Origin: Gemmatales bacterium
GTDB taxonomy: Bacteria > Planctomycetota > Planctomycetia > Gemmatales > HRBIN36
Direction of reading: 5' to 3'
Assembly: GCA_041640595.1 (NCBI GenBank)
Contig: JBEPZY010000001.1
Location: forward strand, 224,001-288,000
DNA length: 64,000 bases
In this document: positions 50,207 through 60,214 of the stretch, one piece after another
How the letters are laid out: each line of letters opens with the position of its first letter
How positions within the stretch are numbered: position 1 is the first letter of the stretch
The notes under the pieces: generated by a model
What the model was told of the DNA's origin: nothing
The model's input: only the letters and a program-made list of their open reading frames with translations
The model's database searches: none
Program-made: the position numbers and the translations under genes

Positions 50207-51950
50207 GAGGGGTTTCCTCCTGGGGTGCTTGAAGTTTCTGGTCGCGGTTCCGGCTACCTAGAGTGCCATAACGTGCGGCGAGGCTCAAGGGCGCCGGTGG
50301 CTCGAGTTCCTCGGCGGGTACAGGCCGCGTCGCTTCCAGAGCCAGGGGCAGAGTCACGGTAAAAGTGCTGCCATGACCGAGTTCGCTCTTCAAGCCGACG
50401 GTTCCCCCTAACAGTTTGCACAACTCCCGGACAATGGAAAGCCCCAATCCGGTGCCGGATTGTTGTCGAGTGAGAGCCTGGCCTACCTGGCGGAACTTTT
50501 CAAAGACCCGTTCCTGATCTTCCGGAGCGATACCGATGCCGGTGTCGCTTACGGACAGGATAAGGTGCTTGCCGTCGGTTTCGACCCGCACACAGACTCG
50601 CCCTCCTTCTGGAGTAAACTTGATAGCGTTCGAGAGCAGGTTCCAGAGAATCTGTTGAATCTTGCTGGCGTCCTGACGGGCCGGCGGTATTCCGGGTTCG
50701 ATTTCACTGCTTAGAGCGATATTCTTCTTCTCCGCCAGCGGCCGAAACATATTAAGCATGGTGTCCACGATTTCGCTGATGTGAAATTCCTCGATATGGA
50801 CTTCCATGCGGCCCGCTTCCATTTTAGCGAGGTCCAGCACGTCATTGATCAGGTTCAACAATTGCTGGCCGCTGCTCTGGATATTTTTCACCCAGCGGGT
50901 CTGTTTCTCGGAAAGTGGCGGGTCGCTGGTCAGTAGCACTTCGCTAAAGCCCAGAATACTATTCAAGGGAGTGCGCAATTCATGGCTGACCGTAGCCAGG
51001 AAATCATCCTTCAGCTTATTGCTCTGATATAGGGCCATGTTAGCCTGGGCAAGTTCGTCCACCTTGCGATCTAAGTCAGCGTTGACCCGGCGGAGTTGAT
51101 CCTGCATGCTCACCAGCGTGCGGATCATGCGGTTAAAAGCGTGGCTCAGGTCTTCAAACTCGTCGCCGGTCTGAATCTCGCTGCGGACATTAAGCTGGCC
51201 TGCCGAAATCGCATCGCTGACATCTTTCAGGTGCTTGACCGGTTTGACGACCACATAGCGGACGATGAGATAGCTGCCGCTCATCAGCAACAAAACTGTC
51301 ACCAGGGCGGTAGCAATCAAGATGGCCCGGTTTTTATGAATTTCGTCGTCCATAGGCTTAGTGGACATAGATACACTAGCTACGCCGAGCAAAACCTGGC
51401 CCGCATCGGAATCCTTGCCGATGCGCCAGCCGGCACTGCGTGCGGAGGACTGGCGGTGGCAGTGAAGGCAGCGGTCATCTCCCCATAACGCAGCACGATA
51501 AATGTAGTTGTAAGGCGACTCGGCGGGAGCGTCGAGATAGAGGTCAGTTTCTTTACGCTGCGGATGCTCGCTAAATTCCTGAAGCAGGGCCTGGTGCTGC
51601 GGGTCATCGCTGCTGGCCGGAATAATGTCGGCTTTGTAAAGGAGTCCCTCCGGTTGCGCTCCGGACAGCCCCACGATACGCTGGCGGATTTGCTGTAAAA
51701 ATTCCTTTTGTTGCGAACTCAGCTGACCGCTCTCTTCGCCCCACTTCTCTAAATGCAGACGGAGTAGCGCCTGGTACACAAGCAAGCGACCCGTGAAACG
51801 AGCCTGTTCATAAACCAGGCTCTCGGTCATCCAGGCATAGTACCAGAAGCTGGCGGTGATCAACAGCAAACTGGCCGTGCCGAACAACAACAGGCACTTG
51901 CGTTCGAGATAAGTTTCGCCGAGCAAGCGTTTGAAGCGGCGATAAGACAT
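50199..51950 (-). CDS. HAMP-domain sensor histidine kinase
   Basis: 2 TMs, periplasmic CLHCH, HAMP, SHELRTPLNSI, NLLSNAIKFT, DTGIGI, GTGLGL. Confidence 0.93.
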   Translation of the reverse strand: MSYRRFKRLLGETYLERKCLLLFGTASLLLITASFWYYAWMTESLVYEQARFTGRLLVYQALLRLHLEKWGEESGQLSSQQKEFLQQIRQRIVGLSGAQPEGLLYKADIIPASSDDPQHQALLQEFSEHPQRKETDLYLDAPAESPYNYIYRAALWGDDRCLHCHRQSSARSAGWRIGKDSDAGQVLLGVASVSMSTKPMDDEIHKNRAILIATALVTVLLLMSGSYLIVRYVVVKPVKHLKDVSDAISAGQLNVRSEIQTGDEFEDLSHAFNRMIRTLVSMQDQLRRVNADLDRKVDELAQANMALYQSNKLKDDFLATVSHELRTPLNSILGFSEVLLTSDPPLSEKQTRWVKNIQSSGQQLLNLINDVLDLAKMEAGRMEVHIEEFHISEIVDTMLNMFRPLAEKKNIALSSEIEPGIPPARQDASKIQQILWNLLSNAIKFTPEGGRVCVRVETDGKHLILSVSDTGIGIAPEDQERVFEKFRQVGQALTRQQSGTGLGLSIVRELCKLLGGTVGLKSELGHGSTFTVTLPLALEATRPVPAEELEPPAPLSLAARYGTLGSRNRDQKLQAPQEETPHD

Positions 51951-51959
51951 AGTGGCTTG

Positions 51960-52793
51960 TTATCCCTCTGGGGAGCGATCTAAGGGTTGGCAATAAGGGC
52001 AAAAGTAAGTGGAGCGCCCGGCCAGACGTTGACGCTGTAACGGATAAGAACAACGCCGGCAGGGCTGGCCTTGCCGCCCATATACCAGAAATTCGTCCTG
52101 ATACGTTCCCCGGCCGTTTTCTCCGAACATGTAATCGCGAATCGAGGAGCCGTGGCAAGCTATGGCGCGGCGCAACACGGTGCGAATGGCACGAAGAAGT
52201 TGCCGCGTCTCGTCAAAGGAAAATGTGTTGGCCGCACGATAAGGAGAAAACCCCGCCTGATAAAGGGCTTCGTCGGTGTAAATGTTGCCCAGTCCGGCCA
52301 GAAGACTCTGATCCATAAGGGCGACTTTGATCGGTCGGCTCGTGGCCTGGAGCCGGCAATGTAATTCGTCTGCCGTTACCGAAAAGGGCTCCGGACCGAG
52401 TTGGCTTTCTAAATAGCGCTGTGCATCGTCGCTCGAAAAGACGAGAATAGCTCCGAAGCGGCGTGGATCGCTGTAGCACAGGTGCGCCGGCTCAGGAGCG
52501 AGTTGGCAGACGAAATGGCAGTGAGGATCGTCCGACCTGACCGATGCCAGCACCTGGAGCCGACCGGTCATGCCCAGATGAATCAGCAGACAATCCTGTT
52601 CCAGCGATAGCACGATCCATTTGCCCCGCCGACTGACTGCGGTAAAGGTCTGGCCGAGCAGACGGCGGAGAGCCTTTTGCGGTACCGGGTGACGTAAACG
52701 TTTTCTCCCTGCCTGCACCGCCAGAATCCTTTTGCCTTTAAGTTGCGGTTGCAGGTAGCGGACAACTGTCTCGACTTCGGGCAATTCTGGCAT
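51960..52793 (-). CDS. mutM: formamidopyrimidine-DNA glycosylase
   Basis: MPELPEVE, RRGK, HLGMTG, DPRRFG, GLGNIY, C-terminal CxxC...CxxCQ zinc finger. Confidence 0.96.
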   Translation of the reverse strand: MPELPEVETVVRYLQPQLKGKRILAVQAGRKRLRHPVPQKALRRLLGQTFTAVSRRGKWIVLSLEQDCLLIHLGMTGRLQVLASVRSDDPHCHFVCQLAPEPAHLCYSDPRRFGAILVFSSDDAQRYLESQLGPEPFSVTADELHCRLQATSRPIKVALMDQSLLAGLGNIYTDEALYQAGFSPYRAANTFSFDETRQLLRAIRTVLRRAIACHGSSIRDYMFGENGRGTYQDEFLVYGRQGQPCRRCSYPLQRQRLAGRSTYFCPYCQPLDRSPEG

Positions 52794-52941
52794 GGGCACA
52801 TCCCGGCATGGTTACTCGCTGGCATTATAGCCAATCGCGCTGGCCTTAGAATCCGACCTGCCCTGTGGTAGCGGCATCTGCAAGCCCGAGTGCGCTCCCT
52901 ATATTGAAAAACGGAAAGCATCTGTAAGCGAGGAGGCAGAT

Positions 52942-54990
52942 ATGGACTGGTACCAGGCGGTGCAGGCAGGATTTGCCACTTTAGATGTTCCGGAAGAATA
53001 TCGGCAGCGTGCACTCAGCTATTTGCAACAGTGGATGACTGCGGCCGAGTTTCAGCCCTACCGACCGCAACTGGATTGGCTCATCCAGCAAGGTTCCTGG
53101 GCTGGGTTGCTGGATCGCTTTTACCGCATCCTGCCTTTTGGAACAGGCGGTCGCCGCGGGCCAGTGGGCATCGGGCCGAACCGCATGAATCCCTGGACGG
53201 TAACCGCTTCCGTACAGGGGCATTGTGATTACTTGCGTTTGCGTTTCGCAGAAATTCTGGCCAGAAATCAGCGTTTGCGGGTGGTTGTGGCTTACGATGT
53301 ACGGCGATTTGAGGACCAGAATCGGCAATACAATCCCCATTTACCGAATCCGGTGCTGGGTTTGACCTCGCGGGATTTCGCCAGGTTCGCGGCGGAGGTT
53401 TATGCGGCCAACGGTGTCGAAACCGTCTTGCTGCCGCCCGAGGCGTCGCGTTATCTGGCTACGCCGGAGTTGTCGTTCGCCATTCGTTATTACGGTGCTC
53501 ACGGCGGGTTGAACATCTCGGCTTCCCATAATCCACCGGATGACAACGGGGCGAAGTTCTACGTGCAACATGGAGGCCAGCCGGTTCCGCCCGAAGACCA
53601 GCTCATGTCCGACTGCGTGGATCGGGTGACCGCGATTCGACGAATGCCGTTTGCCGAAGCAATGCAGCAAGGCTGGATCGTCCCGTATGAAGAAGAAGCA
53701 CACCGCGCCTATTTGCAAGTCAACCTGCGGCAAAGTCTCGTCGGGACGGCCCGGCCGAACGAGCTGACGGTGATTTACACGCCGCTGCACGGCGTGGGGC
53801 AATTTACCGTGCTGGAATTGCTACAACAGCAACGCATCCGCGTAGTGCCGGTAACCCAGCAGATGGAGCCGAACGGTCTGTTCCCCCGAGCACGGTCGGC
53901 GAATCCGGAAGTACCGGCAGCATTCAGCGAGGCCCTGCAGGTAGCGCAACAAACGCCGCAGGCCGAACTGATCCTGGCCAGCGATCCGGACGCGGATCGG
54001 CTTGGGGCGATGGCACGCACCCGGGCTGGCGAATGGCGGTTTCTGACGGGCAACGAAATTGCCGCTTTGCTGACGCACTTCAAGTTATCGCAACTGCGTC
54101 AGCAAGGCCGCTGGCCCGCTTCGCCGCTCGTTGTCAAGACCGAGGTAACGACCAACCTGATCACGCGAATTGCTCGAAGTTTCGGTTGTGCGGTAGTGGA
54201 CGATTTGCTGGTAGGCTTCAAATTCATCGCCGATGTGCTATGGCAACTGGAATCCACGGGGCGTTACCGTGATTATCACGGCACGCCAGCCGATTTCCTC
54301 ATCGGCTGCGAGGAGAGCCACGGCATCTTGATTACGCCGGAGATTCGCGACAAAGATGCTGCAGGGGCGGCCCTGCTGCTGACCGAGGCGACTTTGTATC
54401 AGAAACGCCGCGGATTAACGCTCGTCGAGTATCTGGAACAGCTTTATCGGGAGTTCGGCTACTTCCGCAATGTTTTGTTCAATGTACAGTTGCCCGGTCA
54501 GCTGGCGGATTATCAGAAGATGCAGCGGTTAGGCCGGGCACTGGATATGTTGCGTCGCGATCCGCCGCGGGAACTGGCCGGCTGGAAGGTCGTGCATTTC
54601 GATGATTACCTGCGACCGGAATCGCGGTTCGGCCCGATTCTTGGCGAAACCGATCGCCTGGGGCGGAACGTTCTTGTGTTCCATTTCCAGCCAGCGGAAC
54701 ATTCTCCCGCTGGCAGCGACCAGGATACAGTCCGAGCACTGACCAACGAAATAGCCAGGATATGCGTCAAAACCGGCGAAGAGCTATCAGCGCGGCTCAT
54801 CTTCCGGCCGAGCGGCACCGAACCGAAAGCCAAATGCTACGTCGAAGTAGCCACACCGCCGGCTTTGCCGCAAATTGATCGGCAGGAGTGGTCGCAATTG
54901 TGTCGGCAGGTCGATCATCTGGCCGAAAAGCTGGGCCAATCGTTTGTGCAACTGGCGCTGCAATTGGCCGAGGTTCCCGCTGCAGTTTAG
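52942..54990 (+). CDS. phosphoglucomutase/phosphomannomutase family protein
   Basis: FGTGGRRG, SASHNP, DPDADR, EESHG, RPSGTEPK. Confidence 0.93.
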   Translation: MDWYQAVQAGFATLDVPEEYRQRALSYLQQWMTAAEFQPYRPQLDWLIQQGSWAGLLDRFYRILPFGTGGRRGPVGIGPNRMNPWTVTASVQGHCDYLRLRFAEILARNQRLRVVVAYDVRRFEDQNRQYNPHLPNPVLGLTSRDFARFAAEVYAANGVETVLLPPEASRYLATPELSFAIRYYGAHGGLNISASHNPPDDNGAKFYVQHGGQPVPPEDQLMSDCVDRVTAIRRMPFAEAMQQGWIVPYEEEAHRAYLQVNLRQSLVGTARPNELTVIYTPLHGVGQFTVLELLQQQRIRVVPVTQQMEPNGLFPRARSANPEVPAAFSEALQVAQQTPQAELILASDPDADRLGAMARTRAGEWRFLTGNEIAALLTHFKLSQLRQQGRWPASPLVVKTEVTTNLITRIARSFGCAVVDDLLVGFKFIADVLWQLESTGRYRDYHGTPADFLIGCEESHGILITPEIRDKDAAGAALLLTEATLYQKRRGLTLVEYLEQLYREFGYFRNVLFNVQLPGQLADYQKMQRLGRALDMLRRDPPRELAGWKVVHFDDYLRPESRFGPILGETDRLGRNVLVFHFQPAEHSPAGSDQDTVRALTNEIARICVKTGEELSARLIFRPSGTEPKAKCYVEVATPPALPQIDRQEWSQLCRQVDHLAEKLGQSFVQLALQLAEVPAAV

Positions 54991-55005
54991 CCAGCTCAAT
55001 GCGGA

Positions 55006-55584
55006 TTAGTCACGCTGGATAGCCGGTTTCGCGGGCAACTGGCCTGGCTCAGCACCAGGCGGTAACGGTTGGGGAAGGGGCACCGGCCTGCCGAATTTCG
55101 GTCGGCGGAACGCCACCAGACCGGACGGTTGACCGTTTGTCGTTCCGTTGGTCTGCGTGCTATAAAGGTTAATCAGGCCCACGTATTCCCAGCCTTCAGC
55201 CGCCAAACGATTGAGCACCTTGGCATGCTCATCGCAATCGCGGCCAGTAAATTCAACCACCCGGTACTCCCAGCCGAGAGGTTGTGGCACGACCCCGATA
55301 TTGGGCTGAACACCGCCTCCGGCCGCTCCGGGTGGATCGTCACCCGCTTGTTCAACGGGAGGAACCTGCTGAACCGGTTTGGCTTGCACCGCTTTGGGCC
55401 TGGCTGGTGCGGGTAGTGGCTGAATTTGCACCGGCTGCACAGGTCTGGGTTGGACCTTGGCGGGTTCGGGATTCGGGGCATTCTGCGAACGGGCCAGGCC
55501 CATCCAGACCAGTCCCGTCAAACCCACCAGTACCATCACGGTAAGACCGGCTCGCATCGCCATCTGTCGCATTAGCATGTTCAT
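55006..55584 (-). CDS. exported Pro/Gln-rich protein with DUF4177-like domain
   Basis: Signal/TM, P/Q-rich linker, WEYRVV...LNRLAAEGWEYVG...FRRP. Confidence 0.75.
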   Translation of the reverse strand: MNMLMRQMAMRAGLTVMVLVGLTGLVWMGLARSQNAPNPEPAKVQPRPVQPVQIQPLPAPARPKAVQAKPVQQVPPVEQAGDDPPGAAGGGVQPNIGVVPQPLGWEYRVVEFTGRDCDEHAKVLNRLAAEGWEYVGLINLYSTQTNGTTNGQPSGLVAFRRPKFGRPVPLPQPLPPGAEPGQLPAKPAIQRD

Positions 55585-55942
55585 CTCCTTGTTCCCATGC
55601 GGTCAATCCCTGGGCGACACGTCTGCCTCTATATGACGAACGGAGCGACGAAAGGGATTAACCGAGCCTCTAACATTTTGGTCGCCACGGCAACGCAGGA
55701 TGCGGGCAGCCAGAAGAAATGTGAAATGGATGCTGGAAGGGTCTTTTTATCCGCATCGGGCCAGCTTGGAGTGAAACCGTTTTCATGGTGCAGACCTTGA
55801 GAAGATCGCTCATGAACAGCACGCGCGTCCGTGCATGGGCTTGTGATCGCGGCCGACGTTGGTGACACAAACTCGAAAATTGCTTGAAAGCCGGACGTGC
55901 CACCGTCCGCACGATTACGTTCCAACCAGGTCTTGGTGGCGC

Positions 55943-56124
55943 GGAATTAAAGAACCATCCGGAAGCGGAAGCAGGACGCACATTCGTTCACGAGCTCACA
56001 TGGCCAGGCAGCGACCATGAGACCGAATCCAAGAACCATTCGCAGGCAGCCTGGCCTTCGACCGGGCGGGACGTGCACCTGTTCGGGGATCATGAGGTGG
56101 AATCCAAGAACCATTCGTAGGCAG
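55943..56124. repeat. degenerate direct repeats of the 3' end of the AAA ATPase gene
   Basis: CATGAGnnnGAATCCAAGAACCATTCG(C/T)AGGCAG at 56016 and 56091; weaker copy near 55943. Confidence 0.7.
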
Positions 56125-57409
56125 GGCGGACGCGGATTCCCTGGCCTGCCAACTGGCTGGCTTGTTCCGAGGTCATAACGACCAACAGCCGCTCGGCATG
56201 GCGATACCGCACTGCTGCCGCCTGTAACGCCCGCATTTCCCGCGCGAAGCTTTCCTCTGATGTCGGTGCTGCGCACACCTGGATAAGCTGCTGTACCTGT
56301 CCAGGAATTCGCGCCAAAAAGTCCACTTCATATCCCTCTTGGGTCTTCACGTAGGTGATCGCAGCGCCGCGCCGCAGAAGCTCCTGCAATACCGCTGTTT
56401 CCAGGGCATGGCCGAAATTGGTGCGCCCACTGATGTCGTAGGCCTGGATCAGGCCGACATCTACGGGATAGACCTTACGCGGATTGGTATTGCGCTGGCG
56501 TTCCGACTCGGTATCGAGGTAGATAGCCGTGATCAGGAACGCGTCTTCCAAGTAGCTCAAAAGAGCATGGAGTGTGTCTTTGGCCACAGCATGTCCCTGG
56601 GACTTGAGGTCGCGGTAGAGTTTATGCACACTCAGGGCGGCGGCAGGATTGCGTAAGCAGAAACGTACAAGCCACCGCAAGGGGCCGACCTGGCTCACCC
56701 GATAACGCTCCACCACGTCGCGCAAAATCAGCGTATCTACATATCCCTGAAGTAAGGGGATGCGTAACGATGCTTCCAGGCCTTGCGCTTCAGGGAAGCC
56801 GCCCACTTCCAGATATTCACGTAACCGCTTCTCCAGGAGGGAGCGTTCGGGTGGAGTTATGCGAGATACCGGTTTGGTCGGCTCCTCGCCTCGGTGGCGT
56901 AAAAACTCACGGAAACTGAAAGGGCGGAGAATGGTTTCAAATCCTCGCCCGCGCAGCGAAGTGTGCACCTCACGCGATAGTAACCGTGCCGATGAACCAG
57001 AAACCACTACCTGCACTTTTTCTGTGTCCAGCAACCGGCGAACAAACCTTTCCCAGCCTGAGATTACCTGGATTTCGTCCAGGAACCACCAGACTTCTTG
57101 CCGTCCCCGCAATTCAGGGAACATGCGGTAGTATTCTTCCAGTAAGGCATTCAGCTGGGAGAGTGGAAGGTCTGCCAGGCGGTCATCGTCGAAACTAATG
57201 TACACAGCGCGCGTGGGCGACAGGGCATTCTGTTTTTCGGACTGCACCTGGCGCAGGAAAGTGGTTTTTCCCACCCGTCGCATGCCCAGCACGGTATGCA
57301 CCTTATTCTGGATGGCTGGAAGGCGTGCATCACGTCGCGTTACTCCGACAAGCTGAACCGGTTCCAGGCCGCTAACCAGTTTTTCACGCAGCACAGGATG
57401 CAGTTCCAT
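56090..57409 (-). CDS. AAA_14 ATPase with DUF4143 / PD-(D/E)XK-like C-terminus
   Basis: GMRRVGKT, FLDEIQ, SGSS, GGFPE, KVYPVDVG, LETAV, YEVDF..IQVC. Confidence 0.9.
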   Translation of the reverse strand: MELHPVLREKLVSGLEPVQLVGVTRRDARLPAIQNKVHTVLGMRRVGKTTFLRQVQSEKQNALSPTRAVYISFDDDRLADLPLSQLNALLEEYYRMFPELRGRQEVWWFLDEIQVISGWERFVRRLLDTEKVQVVVSGSSARLLSREVHTSLRGRGFETILRPFSFREFLRHRGEEPTKPVSRITPPERSLLEKRLREYLEVGGFPEAQGLEASLRIPLLQGYVDTLILRDVVERYRVSQVGPLRWLVRFCLRNPAAALSVHKLYRDLKSQGHAVAKDTLHALLSYLEDAFLITAIYLDTESERQRNTNPRKVYPVDVGLIQAYDISGRTNFGHALETAVLQELLRRGAAITYVKTQEGYEVDFLARIPGQVQQLIQVCAAPTSEESFAREMRALQAAAVRYRHAERLLVVMTSEQASQLAGQGIRVRPAYEWFLDSTS

Positions 57410-57431
57410 AGCAAATGCCTGCTTCGCAAAG

Positions 57432-57485
57432 CTGTCCTTCTTATAAGGACAGTTTACGCATAATCTGTCCTTCTGAGAAGGCCAG
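57432..57485. promoter_or_regulatory. pair of 21-bp operator-like palindromes
   Basis: CTGTCCTTCTTATAAGGACAG (57432-57452) and CTGTCCTTCTGAGAAGGCCAG (57465-57485), just upstream of the AAA gene start. Confidence 0.7.
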
Positions 57486-57553
57486 AACAGGAAACAGTGG
57501 ACTCAGTAACTAATGCGCGGACAAACTGGGGCAAGCGATGCTGAGCGCTGCTG

Positions 57554-58229
57554 GAGCGGCTGGCGTTAGCCAGCCGTGGCGGGCGCAACGTCATTGCAGT
57601 TGGAGAACGCACGCTTTTGCCGGCATCCGTGCGTGCCAACTAGAGCGGCTGGCGTGAGCCAGCCGTGGGAAACAACCCGTCCTTGCAATTACACGTTCGT
57701 TCTATAGCGCGTAACGTTTGTTTTGTCACACCCACGGCGGGCTTACGCCCGCCGCTCCTGCGAATGTGCGTTTCTGCATCGCAAAAGACGTTGTTCTTCC
57801 GGCAGACGAACGCCGTTCCATGCACCAGGAGCGGGGGGCGTAAGCCCCCCGTGCAATACCTTCCGCATGCGAACTCGAAACGGGCAAACTCACCTCATTG
57901 CCTTCGCAGACGCGGTTTGCAACCCACGGCGGGCTTACGCCCGCCGCTCTTGGCGGATGTGCCCTTTTGCGTTGCAGAAGCTCATATTGCAGCGTATATC
58001 CGTTGTGCACCTGGAGCGGCTGGCGTGAGCCAGCCGTGGGAAGCATAACATCATTGCAGTTGGAGAACGCACGCTTTTGCCAGCATCCGTGCGCGCCAAC
58101 TAGAGCGGCTGGCGCCGGTCAGCCGTGGTACGGGAAAAGAATGTGCGGTGCGAAACGTAAGCAGTGCGCAAAAGCGGGTCACCGTTGCAAACGCCAATTC
58201 GACCCACGGCGGGCTTACGCCCGCCGCTC
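57554..58229. repeat. REP/REPIN-like palindromic repeat array 2
   Basis: Forward CACGGCGGGCTTACGCCCGCCGCTC at 57733, 57925, 58205; inverted variants at 57554, 57643, 57829, 58014, 58103. Confidence 0.88.
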
Positions 58230-58301
58230 CTGGCGGATGGGCGTGCCACCGTTACGGACTGGGCATTTTGCAGCGAACAGCCGTTATGCCTTGAAGAAGC
58301 G

Positions 58302-59507
58302 TTAGTCGAAGCGTTTAGGTTGCTGGTCGGGTGCAAAAAATCGGCCCTTGAGTGCGGAGTCCAAAACTTTGTTGACTTTTTCACGAGTACCGGCGGGCAA
58401 CGCTTCAAGGCTGTCGTAAGTCTTGGTCTCACGCCCTTCGGTGACTTCGATTTTGCTGACGCTGGTCTTACCGTCGGCCTGGGTGCCTTCGATGCGGATG
58501 GTCTGGCCCGGCTCCCGATACTGGACACGGAAAGTGCCATCGCTACTGCGTTCAACCTGCAAGAAGTAACCGCCGGGCAGCGAAGGTTCCGCGGGAAATG
58601 GCAGAATCCGGGAATCGGGACGGCGAGGTCTGGCTGGAGGCACTTCCGGCAATTCCAGTTCGGGCAGTGTTTCTTTCTTGCCCTTGCGGAGCACGACAAC
58701 TTTGCCAACCTTGCCAGCGGGCAGTTCACGGATGAGCCGAACGAATGCTTCGGGATCGGCCGGCACCGTTTTGCCTCCGATTTCCAGCAGGATGTCGTGG
58801 GGCTTGATGCCGACTTTAGCGGCCGGAGAATCCGGCACAACTTCCCGCACAAGCACGCCCTCGTTTTCGGCGACGCTGAGCTGGTCGCGCAGAGCCGGAT
58901 GCAATGGCTCGACGATCACGCCCAGCCGTGGATGCCGTTGAGCAGGCTCACCGAAAAACGGCGGGCGTAACTGGGGTGGGAATATTCGGCGGCGATCTTC
59001 CTGCAACTGGCCGCGATGGAGTTGCTCCAGCATTTGCCGTAATTCTTCCTGCTGCCGACGCAGCAGTTGCCGCAGCCGTTCCCACTCCTGCGGGTCTATG
59101 CCGGGCGGCGGTTCCTTCAGAAGCTCATCAAGATCGGCGAAAGGTGGGGGAACAAGGCGGTCTGGTGCGCGAGCTCTGTCCGATTTTTCTCCGGAATCGC
59201 GTCGCTCCTGGGCTGGTGCGGCACGTTGACCGGACTGGTCATCCGGCTGGATTTTCTGACGCCGCGAATCAGACGGCTGACGCGCGGCATCTTCCTTCTG
59301 CTTATCGGAGGCAGTGCCGGTACCAGACGACTGGTCGCGCACTGCCGAGTCTTTTCCGTCGGTCGGCAAGGAAGCATCTTTCGCGGCAGCGGTGACCAAC
59401 CAGTTTGCTCCAGCCAGAAGGGCACCTGTCGCAAGTAACCCAAGCAGTCCGTGAAGCAACCATCGGCGTGCACGAGCAAAGCTTGCCAGCAAATCCCTCA
59501 GCAGCAT
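58302..59507 (-). CDS. PDZ domain-containing exported/membrane-anchored protein
   Basis: N-terminal TM; RLGVIVE...GVLVREVVPDSPAAKVGIKPHDILLEIGG; no protease domain seen; GGAGGA RBS before ATG 59507. Confidence 0.82.
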   Translation of the reverse strand: MLLRDLLASFARARRWLLHGLLGLLATGALLAGANWLVTAAAKDASLPTDGKDSAVRDQSSGTGTASDKQKEDAARQPSDSRRQKIQPDDQSGQRAAPAQERRDSGEKSDRARAPDRLVPPPFADLDELLKEPPPGIDPQEWERLRQLLRRQQEELRQMLEQLHRGQLQEDRRRIFPPQLRPPFFGEPAQRHPRLGVIVEPLHPALRDQLSVAENEGVLVREVVPDSPAAKVGIKPHDILLEIGGKTVPADPEAFVRLIRELPAGKVGKVVVLRKGKKETLPELELPEVPPARPRRPDSRILPFPAEPSLPGGYFLQVERSSDGTFRVQYREPGQTIRIEGTQADGKTSVSKIEVTEGRETKTYDSLEALPAGTREKVNKVLDSALKGRFFAPDQQPKRFD

Positions 59508-59664
59508 GGCCTCTCCTCCTTTCTGAGTAACGCATAGAGTCGGGTGCGTCGGCAAGCAATGTGTGGATGTGCACGGCTCACCGGCCACACCCCGCGTATC
59601 CACATAATTCTAATCAGCGGTCGGGCCTGCCAGTCGGTTATTGTCTCGCAAGCACCGACGAAAT

Positions 59665-59865
59665 TCAGGTTGCATCGTCCGTGGTTGGCTCTGTCGGTTC
59701 GGATTCGGTTTCGTCCGGTTGGACGGGGATACGGTATTCCCCGCCGAGCCAGCGACCGGTGTCAATGATGCGACACCGCCGACTGCAGAACGGGAAAGTC
59801 GGCAGGTCCTCCAGTTTTTCGATGCGGATTTCCTTACCGCAAATCGGGCAGCGCACCTGAATCAT
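59665..59865 (-). CDS. yacG: DNA gyrase inhibitor YacG
   Basis: CPICGK...PFCSRRCRIIDTGRWLGGEYRIP. Confidence 0.9.
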   Translation of the reverse strand: MIQVRCPICGKEIRIEKLEDLPTFPFCSRRCRIIDTGRWLGGEYRIPVQPDETESEPTEPTTDDAT

Positions 59866-59938
59866 GCGGCCGCCTTTTTGGGCGTAAGTTTGCTTTTAGT
59901 CGGCGGTCGTCTCGAATGATGCGGCGATGGTCCGCCTG

Positions 59939-60214
59939 CTACTTCGATTCCGTTTCGCTTTTGCACTTGCAGTTGTCGGAACCGCAGCCGGCCTGCTCCA
60001 GCTCTTTCTTCGCCGCGGCTTTGTACGATTCGCTGCGGTAATCCGTGATGTAGAAGCCAGAGCCTTTGAAAATCAGGCCGGCTCCCGTTCCGAATAGCCG
60101 ACGCAATCGCGGCTGGTGGCATTTGGGACAATCCCGCAAAGGTTCGGCGGTAATCGGTTGCAATTCCTCGAAGGTGTATTCGCAGGCCTCGCAGCGATAC
60201 TCATACGTCGGCAT
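59939..60214 (-). CDS. FmdB family zinc ribbon protein
   Basis: MPTYEYRCEAC...CPKC...FKGSGFYITDY. Confidence 0.92.
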   Translation of the reverse strand: MPTYEYRCEACEYTFEELQPITAEPLRDCPKCHQPRLRRLFGTGAGLIFKGSGFYITDYRSESYKAAAKKELEQAGCGSDNCKCKSETESK

